Shown piece by piece: positions 21,145 to 30,788 of a stretch of 32,000 nt of DNA. Location of the stretch: positions 960,001-992,000 of the forward strand of contig NZ_CP011391.1 of the NCBI RefSeq assembly GCF_001564455.1, given 5' to 3'. Every line of letters begins with the position of its first letter. Position 1 is the first letter of the stretch. Both the position numbers and the translations under genes were made by a program. Source of the DNA: Faecalibaculum rodentium (lineage in GTDB: Bacteria; Bacillota_I; Bacilli_A; Erysipelotrichales; Erysipelotrichaceae). The notes below the pieces were generated by a model that worked only from the letters and a program-made list of their open reading frames with translations, searched no databases and was not told where the DNA came from.

Positions 21145-22950
21145 ATGGATCAGAAAAATATACGCAACTTTTCCATCATCGCCCATATCGACCACGGCAA
21201 GTCCACTCTGGCGGACCGGATCCTGGAAATGACGGATACCGTGGAGAAGCGGGAGATGAAAGATCAGATTCTGGACTCCATGGACCTGGAGCGGGAACGG
21301 GGGATCACCATCAAGCTGAATGCCGTCCAGCTGGTCTATCACGCAAAGGACGGACAGGACTACCTGTTCCATCTGATCGACACCCCGGGCCATGTGGACT
21401 TCACCTATGAAGTATCCCGGTCCCTGGCCGCCTGCGACGGAGCGGTGCTGGTGGTGGATGCAGCCCAGGGTGTGCAGGCACAGACTCTGGCCAACGTCTA
21501 CCTGGCGCTGGACAACGACCTGGAGATCCTGCCGGTTCTCAACAAGATCGATCTTCCCAGTGCCCAGCCGGATGTGGTGAAGCAGGAAATTGAGGACCTG
21601 ATCGGTCTGGACTGCAGTGATGCAGTGGAAATCAGCGCCAAGTCCGGACTCAATGTGGATCAGGTGCTGGAGGAAATTGTGAAGCGGCTTCCGGCACCGA
21701 AAGGCAACCGAAACAAGCCTCTGCAGGCTCTGGTGTTTGATTCTTTGTATGATCCCTACCGCGGGGTCATTGCCTTTGTGTCCATCAAGAACGGAACTGT
21801 AAAAAAAGGAGACAGGATCCGGTTCATGGCCACCGGTGCGGAATATGAAGTCACGGAAGTCGGCGTTCGGACCCCCAAGGAAGTGGTGGAGGAACAGCTG
21901 AACACCGGTGATGTCGGCTGGATCAGCGCTGCAATCAAGAACATTGAAGATGTGCGGGTTGGCGATACCATCACCAAAGCAGATGAACCGGCTGACCAGC
22001 CTCTGGAGGGTTACAAGGAAATGCAGCCGATGGTATACGCCGGTCTGTATCCTGTGGACAACGCACGCTACGAAGACCTGAAGGATGCGCTGGCCAAGCT
22101 GAAACTCAATGATGCCAGTCTGCAGTTCGAGCCCGAAACCTCCCAGGCACTGGGGTTCGGCTTCCGCTGCGGCTTTCTCGGCCTGCTGCACATGGATGTG
22201 ATCGAGGAACGTCTGGAGAGGGAATACAACCTGAACCTGATTGCCACCTCACCCTCGGTTATTTATAAGGTTTATCGCACCGATGGGACTGTGGAAGACG
22301 TGGACAACCCCGCGGCTCTGCCCCCTGCACAGAACATTGACCACATCGAGGAACCCTATGTCAGGGCCGAAATCATGGTTCCGAAGGAATACGTCGGAGC
22401 CATCATGGATCTCTGTCAGAAGAAGCGGGGAGAGTACATTGACATGCAGGTGCTGGATGACGTCCGGATGAACCTCGTGTATGAAATGCCCCTGTCAGAA
22501 ATCATCTTCGATTTCTTCGACAAGATGAAGTCCTCCACCAAGGGCTATGCTTCCTTTGACTACAGCTTTTCCAGATACAAGAGAAGCAACCTGGTGAAGA
22601 TGGATATTCTGCTCAACGGTCAGGTCATCGACGCACTGTCCATCATTGTCCACAAAGACTTTGCGTACAACCGCGGAAATGCCATGACCATCAAGCTCAA
22701 GGAACTGATCCCGAAGCAGCAGTTCGAGATTCCTGTCCAGGCTGCCATTGGCGGGAAAGTCATTGCCCGGACCAACATCAAGGCGCTGCGAAAGAACGTC
22801 CTTGCCAAGTGCTATGGCGGTGATATTTCCCGGAAGAAGAAGCTGCTGGAGAAGCAGAAGGAAGGCAAGAAGCGCATGAAGATGGTGGGATCGGTGGAAA
22901 TCCCGCAGGAAGCGTTCATGGCTGTCCTGTCCATGGACGACGAAGGCTGA
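21145..22950 (+). CDS. lepA: Elongation factor 4 (LepA)
   Basis: [23 protein letters not shown]…DTPGHVDF…NKIDL plus the LepA-specific C-terminus (…[23 protein letters not shown]). Confidence 0.98.
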   Translation: MDQKNIRNFSIIAHIDHGKSTLADRILEMTDTVEKREMKDQILDSMDLERERGITIKLNAVQLVYHAKDGQDYLFHLIDTPGHVDFTYEVSRSLAACDGAVLVVDAAQGVQAQTLANVYLALDNDLEILPVLNKIDLPSAQPDVVKQEIEDLIGLDCSDAVEISAKSGLNVDQVLEEIVKRLPAPKGNRNKPLQALVFDSLYDPYRGVIAFVSIKNGTVKKGDRIRFMATGAEYEVTEVGVRTPKEVVEEQLNTGDVGWISAAIKNIEDVRVGDTITKADEPADQPLEGYKEMQPMVYAGLYPVDNARYEDLKDALAKLKLNDASLQFEPETSQALGFGFRCGFLGLLHMDVIEERLEREYNLNLIATSPSVIYKVYRTDGTVEDVDNPAALPPAQNIDHIEEPYVRAEIMVPKEYVGAIMDLCQKKRGEYIDMQVLDDVRMNLVYEMPLSEIIFDFFDKMKSSTKGYASFDYSFSRYKRSNLVKMDILLNGQVIDALSIIVHKDFAYNRGNAMTIKLKELIPKQQFEIPVQAAIGGKVIARTNIKALRKNVLAKCYGGDISRKKKLLEKQKEGKKRMKMVGSVEIPQEAFMAVLSMDDEG

Positions 22951-22993
22951 TGTCGATGACCCATCGGGTCAGGACATGAAGTCTGTATCAAGG

Positions 22994-23018
22994 CCGCCGG
23001 CATCAACGGCGGTTTTTT
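22994..23018 (+). terminator. Rho-independent terminator after lepA
   Basis: CCGCCG-GCATCAA-CGGCGG followed by T6. Confidence 0.75.
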
Positions 23019-23051
23019 CAAAGGCACAGAAAAGAAAGGAAGGTGACAGGA

Positions 23052-24131
23052 ATGGAACAGGAAGCGGAAGTTACTCGGAGCCCCGTCAGGAGTGCCTATG
23101 TACATATACCATTCTGTCATGGGATCTGCAGCTACTGCGCGTTTTACCGCCGGATCAGCCAGGACCACACCGGCTGGCTGAAGCAGATCTGTGATCAGAT
23201 TCGGAAAGCGGACATCCGGGAACTGGACACGCTCTATTTCGGCGGGGGAACACCTTCGATTCTGACAGAGGAAGAATTCGACAGGATCAGGTTCCTGTTT
23301 CCGGATCAGATTCATGAGTTCACCATGGAATGCAACCCGGAAGACATAACTCCTGAAAAAGCAGCCTTCTGGAAATCCCGGAGCGTGAACCGGATTTCCA
23401 TGGGAGTGCAGACGTTTGATGACCGGCTTCTGAAATCAATTGGCCGAAGGCATTCGGCTCAAAAAGCCAGGGAGGCGGTGGAAATTCTTCGCAGGGCAGG
23501 ATTCGAGAATCTGTCCATCGACCTGATCTTCGGGCTCCCGGGACAGACACTGAAGGATGTAGAGAGAGATGTCATGGAGTTTCTGCAGATGGACCTGCCC
23601 CATCTGTCCATATACAGCCTGCAGATCGAACCCGACAGTGTCTTCGGAAAGCAGGGGGTTCACCCCTGTGACGAGGATCTGGAAGCGGATATGTTTGAAT
23701 GGATCATCCGGACCTTGAAGGAATCGGGTTATGAACATTACGAGATTTCCAGTTTCGCGAAACCGGGCAGGTATTCCCAACACAACCTGGCGTACTGGCA
23801 GGACCGGGATTTCTTCGGCTTCGGACCCGGTGCCTCCGGCCGGGAACAGGGTCAGCGATATCACATCGACTCCAGGGGACAGAGAATTCCAGAGGAAACG
23901 GATGGGCCCTTTGAGGCGCTGATGATGGGGCTGCGGACGCAGTTTGGGGTGGATCTGTCTTCATTCCGGGAAAAATACGGATGGGATCCCGGCAGGCGGT
24001 ATGCTGATGTGATAAAACGCTACGCCCCTCATTTCTGCGAACAGGACGGCCGGCTGTTTCTGGATGAAAACGGAAGGGAGATCCTGAACACAATCCTGGT
24101 GGATATGCTGCCGGAGGAGTCCTGCGAATGA
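23052..24131 (+). CDS. hemW: Radical-SAM heme chaperone HemW (HemN-like)
   Basis: Radical-SAM cluster motif (YVHIPFCHGICSYCAFY), a length of 359 aa, and the conserved position immediately downstream of lepA. AGGAAGG RBS before ATG 23052. Confidence 0.9.
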   Translation: MEQEAEVTRSPVRSAYVHIPFCHGICSYCAFYRRISQDHTGWLKQICDQIRKADIRELDTLYFGGGTPSILTEEEFDRIRFLFPDQIHEFTMECNPEDITPEKAAFWKSRSVNRISMGVQTFDDRLLKSIGRRHSAQKAREAVEILRRAGFENLSIDLIFGLPGQTLKDVERDVMEFLQMDLPHLSIYSLQIEPDSVFGKQGVHPCDEDLEADMFEWIIRTLKESGYEHYEISSFAKPGRYSQHNLAYWQDRDFFGFGPGASGREQGQRYHIDSRGQRIPEETDGPFEALMMGLRTQFGVDLSSFREKYGWDPGRRYADVIKRYAPHFCEQDGRLFLDENGREILNTILVDMLPEESCE

Positions 24132-24440
24132 TAGAAATCCGGAGGGCAACTGCGGATATGGCCTGGGATGAGCACAGGGTTTTGCAGAAGCCGGAGACGG
24201 ATACAGCTTCAGTCTATGAATTGTCAGCTCTGGAAGCTTCTCATACTGCAGCTAGTAAAGCAAATGCAGAGGATACAGAGCCATGGATCACATGAAACGG
24301 ATACAGAAAGATGACGAGAACCTCACCTGCAGGACTATGGAGGGAAAGATACAGAGAAGGGTGTAATGATTCTGTAAAGACAGTGAGTCATACTGGAGCC
24401 AGAAAAAAGTGCAACGAAGCACTCAAGGTGACTTATGAAG

Positions 24441-25610
24441 AGTGTTTCTATGACATGATAGGCTACCAGGCTCAGTGAAGAGCTGATAAGGCATAAATAA
24501 CGCCAGTAATGATGCGATACCTGAATCAGGAAGAGAGGCTCCCTATGTTCAGGAAATTGCTGTTCATAGACCTGACCTTTACTGATATCCACACCCTGTA
24601 CTCAGATCCCCGTGAAGAAGAACGCTTCTTCTTCGATCTGAAGTGGAAGGACGGATTCGTATGTTCAAAATGTGGTCATACCCACTGCATGACTGTCATC
24701 CGGAAAAATGGCTCTCTCAGAACTGTCTATCAGTGCTCTCACTGTGGTTACCAGGAATCCGTTATTGCCGGAACCGCTCTGGAAGGTACTAAAGCACCGC
24801 TGCTTTCATGGATCCTCGTGATGTTTGTCTTTGTGATTTCCAAAACCGGGACTTCTGCAAAGTACATCAGCGATCTCACGGGCGTCAGTTATCACACCAC
24901 GAAGTTCATGTTCCGAAAGATCAGGCAGGCTCAGAAACAGGATAATGAAACTCATGCAGCCACCGATTGCGATGCGATCGGGCTGGATGTCTTTTCCTAT
25001 TGTGGAAAGAAACACGAAAATGGTGGAAAGAAACACGGAAAGCGGGGCTGGGGAGCAGAAGGCAAAGGCAATGTAGCTGCTGCAGTGATCAGGCAGTATG
25101 TCTGGGAAGATACAAATGGTGACGAGGAAGTCTTTGAGGCTGCAGATGCCGCCAAATTCAAAATAGCAGGCAGCGAGAACAAAACAGAGCTGAAGAAGTT
25201 TCTGGAAGAGGCTGTTCCCGGCGACTGTGCAGTGCACTGTGACCGGAGTTCAGCCAGCCCGGCACTGGATATCGCCGGTAAACTGGTGGATGTGCAAAAA
25301 TCCGAAGTTGATACAGACCGCCTGTAATCTCTGGATCACGTCATTTCCGGTTTCAGGAGCAAGGTCCAGGGGACCACGCATGGTATCGCTCTGCAGTTTC
25401 CGGAGAACGAACTGGCTGATTTCGAATGGAAACCGAGTAGACGGAAGTGGAAGAAGAGCATCCTTGCATCCCTGGGAAGAACCCTGATCAAGGGTACTCA
25501 CCAGACACGTGAGAGACTGATCAGCCATTTTAAAGGGATCCAGAAACAACTGGCCACTGCTTAAGTCCACTGAATTTCGTAGCCTGTCATGTTCCCATAA
25601 GAAGAACATC
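24441..25610 (+). mobile_element. Decayed IS1595-family insertion sequence (about 1.17 kb; ends approximate)
   Basis: Imperfect terminal inverted repeats: ACATGATAGGCTAC (24453-24466) against GTAGCCTGTCATGT (25579-25592), matching 13/14. Extra matches lie inward (TCAGTG/CACTGA) and outward. They flank a single transposase frame. Confidence 0.6.
24509..25564 (+). pseudogene. IS1595/ISXO2-like transposase interrupted by an in-frame TAA
   Basis: N-terminal zinc ribbon (FFDLKWKDGFVCSKCGHTHC…YQCSHCGYQ). A G-K-R-G-x-G-A-E-G-K motif is present. After the TAA at 25325-25327 the same frame continues as SLDHVISGFRSKVQGTTHGIALQFPENELADFEWKPSRRKW. That matches the family C-terminus (…VH.VIS.LK…GT.HG…L..YL.EF.FR.NRR). 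Confidence 0.7.
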
Positions 25611-26136
25611 CTATCGTCAGATATTTCAAACCTTGTCAGAAGGAGAAAGAAGATTGCCAGGCAAAGGTGATCTTCTTTTCATTACAGCTTCAGGGAAACT
25701 GCCGGGACCAGAAAAAATGAACAGAGCTCAGAGAGAATGATCCTTGACTGTCCTGCAGAGTCACAGGGACCTGAATTCTGTCTTAGGGAAATCATACGCA
25801 GATATTCTTCATCTGCGAACAGTATAGTGCGGCAGAGCAGAACCCTTTGAAAAACAGACGTGAACGAGGATCTGACAACAAACGTCTGGCGCTGCCGCCG
25901 GAAGCTCTCCAAATGTATATGGTCCAGATTGATGACAGCCGCAACAGGTGGGAAGTGGAGAGGAACTGTGGTTTCCTCATACAACGCTCCGAAAGCAGTA
26001 ACGGGAGACAGAAATCCAGAATAGTGTTCCAGGTGTAACGAACTGATCCATTCAGGGAAGAATCCGATGCTTTGCAGCCGTGCTGATCTCTAAGCTCTGT
26101 ACAGACTGCGGTCCTGTGAGGCACGGACCAGCAGAA

Positions 26137-26166
26137 TTGCAGCCGCACTCCTGCAAAGTCTATACT
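26137..26166 (+). promoter_or_regulatory. Putative promoter of the orphan small gene
   Basis: TTGCAG (26137-26142), an 18-nt spacer, then TATACT (26161-26166), about 38 nt upstream of the ATG at 26205. Confidence 0.4.
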
Positions 26167-26204
26167 TTGGCAGAGAAGAGGGTGAAAAGAATGGAGCTGT
26201 TGTC

Positions 26205-26414
26205 ATGAGCAAATATAACCCGCTGTGGAGCCGGGTCGGCAAGTCAAAGGAAGTCAGTTTGCAACTGTCATTTGAAGAAATCGAAGAAGTTCTGGGATTT
26301 CCCGTTGATCATTCGTTTCTGAAGTATAAGAAAGAACTGTCCGCATACGGCTGGTCCGTGCAGAATATTTCCATGAAGCAAAAAACAGTCCTGTTTCACC
26401 GGCAGAAGGGATGA
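26205..26414 (+). CDS. Small conserved hypothetical protein (69 aa; 'MSKYxPLW…LSFEEIEEVLGF' family)
   Basis: GGAG RBS 9 nt upstream. The N-terminus and the LSFEEIEEVLGFPVDHSFLKYKKEL…KTVLFHR pattern resemble a widespread small protein family that I recall from mobile or accessory regions (possibly DUF7662; unverified). Confidence 0.6.
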   Translation: MSKYNPLWSRVGKSKEVSLQLSFEEIEEVLGFPVDHSFLKYKKELSAYGWSVQNISMKQKTVLFHRQKG

Positions 26415-26683
26415 TACTTGAAGTTCACCCACTGGAATACAGGCTCTGTCATTCACAAAACAAGAGTCATACAAAACTGTACAGCTCTCAGGATACCAAC
26501 AGTAAGAACTGCAGGTATTCAGTCTGAAAAGATAAGAAGACGGTTGACGACATCCACAGATTCAGTCTGTTGCTGAAGGATTATAAAAACGGTACAGCCT
26601 GCAAATTCAGTTATGCAGAAGGCAAATGACTGTCTGATATCCTTCTCATTTATCCCTGTTGCCCGTCATCGGCAGTCTGTTTC

Positions 26684-26712
26684 TTGACAGAAGATTCCGG
26701 ATACGGGATAAT
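26684..26712 (+). promoter_or_regulatory. rpsO promoter (putative)
   Basis: TTGACA (26684-26689), a 17-nt spacer, then GATAAT (26707-26712). This leaves a leader of about 80 nt before ATG 26794. Confidence 0.6.
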
Positions 26713-26793
26713 AAACAGGATTTTGGGCTGAGATGCAGGACACTCCGACCTGTTTCACGGACCAGAAGGACAATATATAAGGAGGAACGCAAT

Positions 26794-27060
26794 ATGCTGC
26801 TGAAAGCTGAAAAGCAGGCAATCATGAAAGAGTATGCTCGTCACGAAAGTGACACCGGTTCGCCGGAAGTGCAGATTGCCGTACTGACTGAAGAAATCAA
26901 CCGTCTGACCGATCACTTCAAGGATCACAAGCACGACTACCACTCCATGCGTGGTCTGTACAAGAAGGTTGGCCGCCGGAAACACCTGCTGGCTTACCTG
27001 AAGAAGGAAGATCTGGATCGTTACAAGACTCTGATCGCCCGTCTGGGTCTGCGTAAGTAA
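26794..27060 (+). CDS. rpsO: 30S ribosomal protein S15
   Basis: …[60 protein letters not shown]… is canonical S15. AAGGAGG RBS. The track ORF start at 26659 is an upstream extension. Confidence 0.97.
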   Translation: MLLKAEKQAIMKEYARHESDTGSPEVQIAVLTEEINRLTDHFKDHKHDYHSMRGLYKKVGRRKHLLAYLKKEDLDRYKTLIARLGLRK

Positions 27061-27063
27061 GAC

Positions 27064-27090
27064 AAAAAAAACCGCTTCGGCGGTTTTTTT
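27064..27090. terminator. Bidirectional terminator after rpsO
   Basis: AAAAAAAACCGC-TTCG-GCGGTTTTTTT. Confidence 0.85.
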
Positions 27091-27157
27091 AGATTCCGTA
27101 AAAACAGAGGCTTGCACTGTGTTCGCAGACAACTGCAGCCATCATCGGCATGGAACT

Positions 27158-27207
27158 GAAAAACTGCGGAACCTTCCGTCTCACAGCGGAACGGTTCCGC
27201 AGTTTTC
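27158..27207. terminator. Long hairpin terminator downstream of the reductase gene
   Basis: CTGCGGAACC (27164-27173) pairs with GGTTCCGCAG (27193-27202), with an inner TTCCG/CGGAA helix. An A-run lies 5' and TTTTC lies 3'. Confidence 0.7.
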
Positions 27208-27217
27208 TGCTGCACAC

Positions 27218-28135
27218 TCAGGGAATTCTGTGCCCTGCTGCTTTGTACAGCTCGTACCACTCTTTCCGGGTGAGGTCCACCTTGCGAGCTTTGGCCATAT
27301 CCAGGATCCGGTCCATCCTGCTGGAACCGGTCACGACCTGCATACCGGCAGGATGGCGCAGGATCCAGGCAGCGGCAATGGCCGATTTCGAGACATTGTA
27401 TTTGTCCGCCAGTTTCTGCAGTGTTTTGTTGAGTTCTGCAAATTCGGGGTTGTCCAGGAAGGTTCCTTCCCAGTCACCGTACTGCAGGGGGCTCCAGGTC
27501 TGGATCGTGATGCCCATCTGCCGCATCTGCTCCAGCACGTGACCAGTTCGGTCCAGGGCTCCTTGTGTCGGCATGTTGGCTTCCAGTCCCTGAGAAATCA
27601 TCCAGGCGTTGGGGATGGACAGCTGGAGCTGATTGACAAGCAGCGGCTGCTTCGCCTCGGTCTGCAGCAGGCGGATCTGTTCCGGCGTAAAGTTGGAAAC
27701 ACCGAAATGACGGACTTTTCCGGATTTCTGCAGCTGGTCAAACGCTTCAGCGATTTCCTTCGGTTCCATCAGCGCATCCGGCCGGTGCAGGATCAGCAGG
27801 TCCAGGTACGGGGTCTGCAGCCTGTTCAGGATTCCGTCCACTGCGTCCAGGATATAGTCTTTTGACAGGTCATACCATCCATCCCGGATCCCGCACTTGG
27901 ACTGGATGATCAGGTCCTCGCGGGGTGTGTTCGCCAGCTGCATTGCCTCTCCGAACAGTTCTTCGCATTTTCCATGGCCATAGATGTCTGCATGGTCGTA
28001 AAACCTGATCCCTCTGTCAGCCAGGTCATCGATCATGTTTGCCAGTTCCTGTGGTGTCCTGCTGTCCATGCGCATGCAGCCGACAATGATCTGGCCGGCT
28101 TCCGGTAAAGTATTCCTGAGTAGAATGTTTTGCAT
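27218..28135 (-). CDS. Aldo/keto reductase, YdhF-like oxidoreductase (305 aa)
   Basis: DHADIYGHGKCEELFGEA…LDLLILHRPD…SGKVRHFGVSNFTPEQIRLLQ closely parallels E. coli YdhF. AAAGGAG RBS before the ATG at 28135. The track's 395-aa version is an upstream extension. Confidence 0.9.
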   Translation of the reverse strand: MQNILLRNTLPEAGQIIVGCMRMDSRTPQELANMIDDLADRGIRFYDHADIYGHGKCEELFGEAMQLANTPREDLIIQSKCGIRDGWYDLSKDYILDAVDGILNRLQTPYLDLLILHRPDALMEPKEIAEAFDQLQKSGKVRHFGVSNFTPEQIRLLQTEAKQPLLVNQLQLSIPNAWMISQGLEANMPTQGALDRTGHVLEQMRQMGITIQTWSPLQYGDWEGTFLDNPEFAELNKTLQKLADKYNVSKSAIAAAWILRHPAGMQVVTGSSRMDRILDMAKARKVDLTRKEWYELYKAAGHRIP

Positions 28136-28257
28136 AGTGCTCCTTTCAGCATCCGCACAAACGGGATCTGACCAATTTCCAGATTCAAGCGAAATGCCTA
28201 TAACAAATATGGTAAGATGGAACCGCTTAGAATGTAAATAAAGATGAGGTAAGAAGT

Positions 28258-30567
28258 ATGGCGAAACAGGAATTCCGGTTTGAATTCGAGGGAAGACCTC
28301 TGATTGTGGAAACCGGAGAAATTGCCAAACAGGCGGATGGCGCAGTGCTGGTCCGCTATGGCGATACCGTGACACTGTCCACGGCGGTTGCCAGCAAACA
28401 GGCAAAGGAAGGAATCGATTTTTTTCCGCTGACTGTGCAGTATGAAGAAAAACTCTACTCTGCAGGGAAAATTCCCGGCGGATTTCTGAGAAGGGAAGGC
28501 CGGCCCGGTGAACATGCCACGCTGTCGGCCCGTATGATCGACCGCCCGATCCGCCCGCTGTTTGCGGAAGGCTTCCGCAATGAAGTCCAGGTGGTCAACA
28601 CCATTCTCTCCGTGGACCAGGACTATGCGCCGGAAATGGCCGCGATGTTTGGAGCGTCCCTGGCTCTCTGCATTTCCGACATTCCCTTCGGCGGTCCGAT
28701 CGCCGGTGTCAAGGTCGGACGGGTAAACGGCGAATTCATTGCCAATCCCACCCAGGAGCAGTGGGAAAACAGCGACATCGAACTGACGGTTGCGGGTACA
28801 GCGACTGCGCTGAACATGGTGGAAGCAGGCGCGAAGGAAGTCAGTGAGGAAGACATGCTCGCGGCTTTGATGTTCGGTGCTTCCAAAGTCAGGGAACTGT
28901 GCGGGTTCCAGGATCGGATCATCGAAACAATCGGGAAGCCGAAGCGGGAAATCAAACTGTACGCGCCGGATCCCGAACTGAAGGCTGCGGTCCTGGCAGC
29001 CTGGGAGAAACCTGTGCGTGATGCGGTTTCCATCAAGGAGAAACTGGAACGCTACAATACCATCGACAGCCTGATCGAGCAGGCTGTGGCTGAATACGAA
29101 GCGAAGGACTATGTATCGGAGGCAGACAAGGCAAAGGCTTTGAAGCAGGTGAACCAGATCCTGCGGGAAACCGAAGCCGATGAAGTGCGCCGCCTGATCA
29201 TCGAAGACAAGATCCGCCCTGACGGACGGGCCGTGGACGAGATCCGTCCCCTGGATTCCCAGGTGGACCTGCTGCCCAGGGTGCATGGCAGTGCGCTGTT
29301 CACCCGCGGTGAGACACAGGTTCTCTCCACGACAACACTGGGAGCCCTGAATGAGAACCAGATCATTGACGATCTGACCGATGTGGAATCCAAGCGGTTC
29401 ATGCACCACTACAACTTCCCGCCATACTGCGTCGGCGAGACCGGCCGCATGGGATCGCCCGGACGCCGGGAAATCGGCCATGGTGCTCTGGGAGAGCGCG
29501 CGCTGCTGCAGGTGCTCCCCTCCATCGAGGAGTTCCCCTATACCATTCGTACGGTGGCAGATGTCATGGAATCCAACGGATCCAGCTCCCAGGCATCCAT
29601 CTGTGCCGGTTCCATGTCTCTGATGGCAGCCGGTGTGCCCATCAAGGCACCTGTGGCCGGCATTGCGATGGGCCTCATCATGAACGATGACACGGGTGCC
29701 TATACAGTGCTGACAGATATCCAGGGCATGGAAGATCACTTCGGGGACATGGACTTCAAGGTGGCCGGAACGGAAGAGGGTGTCACTGCCCTGCAGATGG
29801 ACATCAAGACCACAGGCATCACCGAGGATATCTTCCGGGAAGCGCTGGCTCAGGCCCGCAAAGCCCGCATGGAGATCCTGGACAACATGAAGACTGCCAT
29901 CGAGTGTCCGCGTGAAGAGCTCAGTCCCTATGCGCCGAAGATCGCCATCATGCACATTGATCCGGACAAGATCAAGGACGTTATCGGACCCGGCGGCAAG
30001 ATGATCAACCAGATCATTGCCGAGTGCGATAATGTGAAGATCGACATCGATGACGATGGTCAGGTCGTGATCTATCACCAGGATCAGGCTGCCATTGACA
30101 AGGCGAAGGAACGGATCGCCGAAATCGTCCGTGAGGCAAAAGTCGGCGAAATCTACGAAGGCAAAGTTGTGCGGATCGAGAGCTTCGGCGCCTTCGTGAA
30201 TCTGTTCGGCCACACCGACGGTCTGCTGCACATCTCCAATATTTCCCACAACCGCGTGGAGAAAGTCGAAGATGTCCTGAAAATCGGAGACCTGATCGAT
30301 GTCAAGGTCATGGAAATCGACAACAAGGGCCGTGTGAATGTTTCTGCGAAAGCTCTGCTGCCTCGACCGCACAGGGAACCCGGTCAGGAACATGAGGAGC
30401 GGGAGCGCCGCGGCAGCCGTGATGGCCGCCGGGAGGGAAGAAACCGTTCTGACCGGCGGGATCGCGGTGAGCGCCCAAGAAGAGACCGCAGACCTCAGGA
30501 AGCCAGGGAACAGGCTGCTGAAACCGGACCGGTCCAGGCTCCTGAAAGAACAGAAACAGCAGAATAA
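28258..30567 (+). CDS. pnp: Polynucleotide phosphorylase with a C-terminal Arg/Glu/Asp-rich extension
   Basis: It has two RNase PH domains (…[28 protein letters not shown]…, …[23 protein letters not shown]…). KH and S1 domains follow (…[20 protein letters not shown]…). The protein then ends in a low-complexity tail of about 70 aa. Confidence 0.98.
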   Translation: MAKQEFRFEFEGRPLIVETGEIAKQADGAVLVRYGDTVTLSTAVASKQAKEGIDFFPLTVQYEEKLYSAGKIPGGFLRREGRPGEHATLSARMIDRPIRPLFAEGFRNEVQVVNTILSVDQDYAPEMAAMFGASLALCISDIPFGGPIAGVKVGRVNGEFIANPTQEQWENSDIELTVAGTATALNMVEAGAKEVSEEDMLAALMFGASKVRELCGFQDRIIETIGKPKREIKLYAPDPELKAAVLAAWEKPVRDAVSIKEKLERYNTIDSLIEQAVAEYEAKDYVSEADKAKALKQVNQILRETEADEVRRLIIEDKIRPDGRAVDEIRPLDSQVDLLPRVHGSALFTRGETQVLSTTTLGALNENQIIDDLTDVESKRFMHHYNFPPYCVGETGRMGSPGRREIGHGALGERALLQVLPSIEEFPYTIRTVADVMESNGSSSQASICAGSMSLMAAGVPIKAPVAGIAMGLIMNDDTGAYTVLTDIQGMEDHFGDMDFKVAGTEEGVTALQMDIKTTGITEDIFREALAQARKARMEILDNMKTAIECPREELSPYAPKIAIMHIDPDKIKDVIGPGGKMINQIIAECDNVKIDIDDDGQVVIYHQDQAAIDKAKERIAEIVREAKVGEIYEGKVVRIESFGAFVNLFGHTDGLLHISNISHNRVEKVEDVLKIGDLIDVKVMEIDNKGRVNVSAKALLPRPHREPGQEHEERERRGSRDGRREGRNRSDRRDRGERPRRDRRPQEAREQAAETGPVQAPERTETAE

Positions 30568-30751
30568 GATCCGCAGCGGCAGCAACAGCCAGCTGCCGGA
30601 TGGCGCATCTCACAGACAACGTGGAAGAAGGCTGCAGCCGCATCATGAATCAAATCATGCAGGGCTACAGCCTTTTCTGTCCAGTGATCTCTGTTTCCGG
30701 AAGACAGAATCAATCCATGAATGCTGCATCCCTGCAGTCCGTTCAGGATAT

Positions 30752-30788
30752 GAAACAGCCAGGCTCGCATTCAGAACCTGGCTGTTTC
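30752..30788. terminator. Hairpin between the convergent pnp and femX-like genes (putative terminator)
   Basis: GAAACAGCCAGG (30752-30763) pairs with CCTGGCTGTTTC (30777-30788). There is no long U-tract on either side. Confidence 0.5.

Noticed and set aside
24335-24592. An 85-aa minus-strand ORF across the left end of the IS.
   Set aside because: It overlaps the IS terminal repeat and the transposase start in antisense. It has no RBS and a junk-like sequence.
25325-25327. The in-frame TAA in the transposase as programmed read-through or an alternative genetic code.
   Set aside because: TAA is used as the stop of several unambiguous genes in the window (for example rpsO and pnp) and is not reassigned in known bacterial codes. 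The degenerate catalytic region and the 21-bp duplication point to decay instead.
25227-25609. ORFs 25227-25487 (+) and 25250-25609 (-) near the 3' part of the transposase.
   Set aside because: The family-typical C-terminal motif lies in the original transposase frame after the TAA, not in these frames.
28198-30585. A 795-aa ORF on the minus strand spanning the entire pnp gene.
   Set aside because: It is exactly antisense to an unmistakable, highly conserved PNPase frame. Its product is low-complexity (Arg/Gly/His/Asp-rich) with no start-site signals. Long stop-free antisense frames are an expected by-product of GC-rich codon usage. The same applies to 878-1981, 3406-4602, 5587-6552, 6722-7687, 17774-18445, 20057-20854, 21091-22191, 27119-27865 and 31027-31887.
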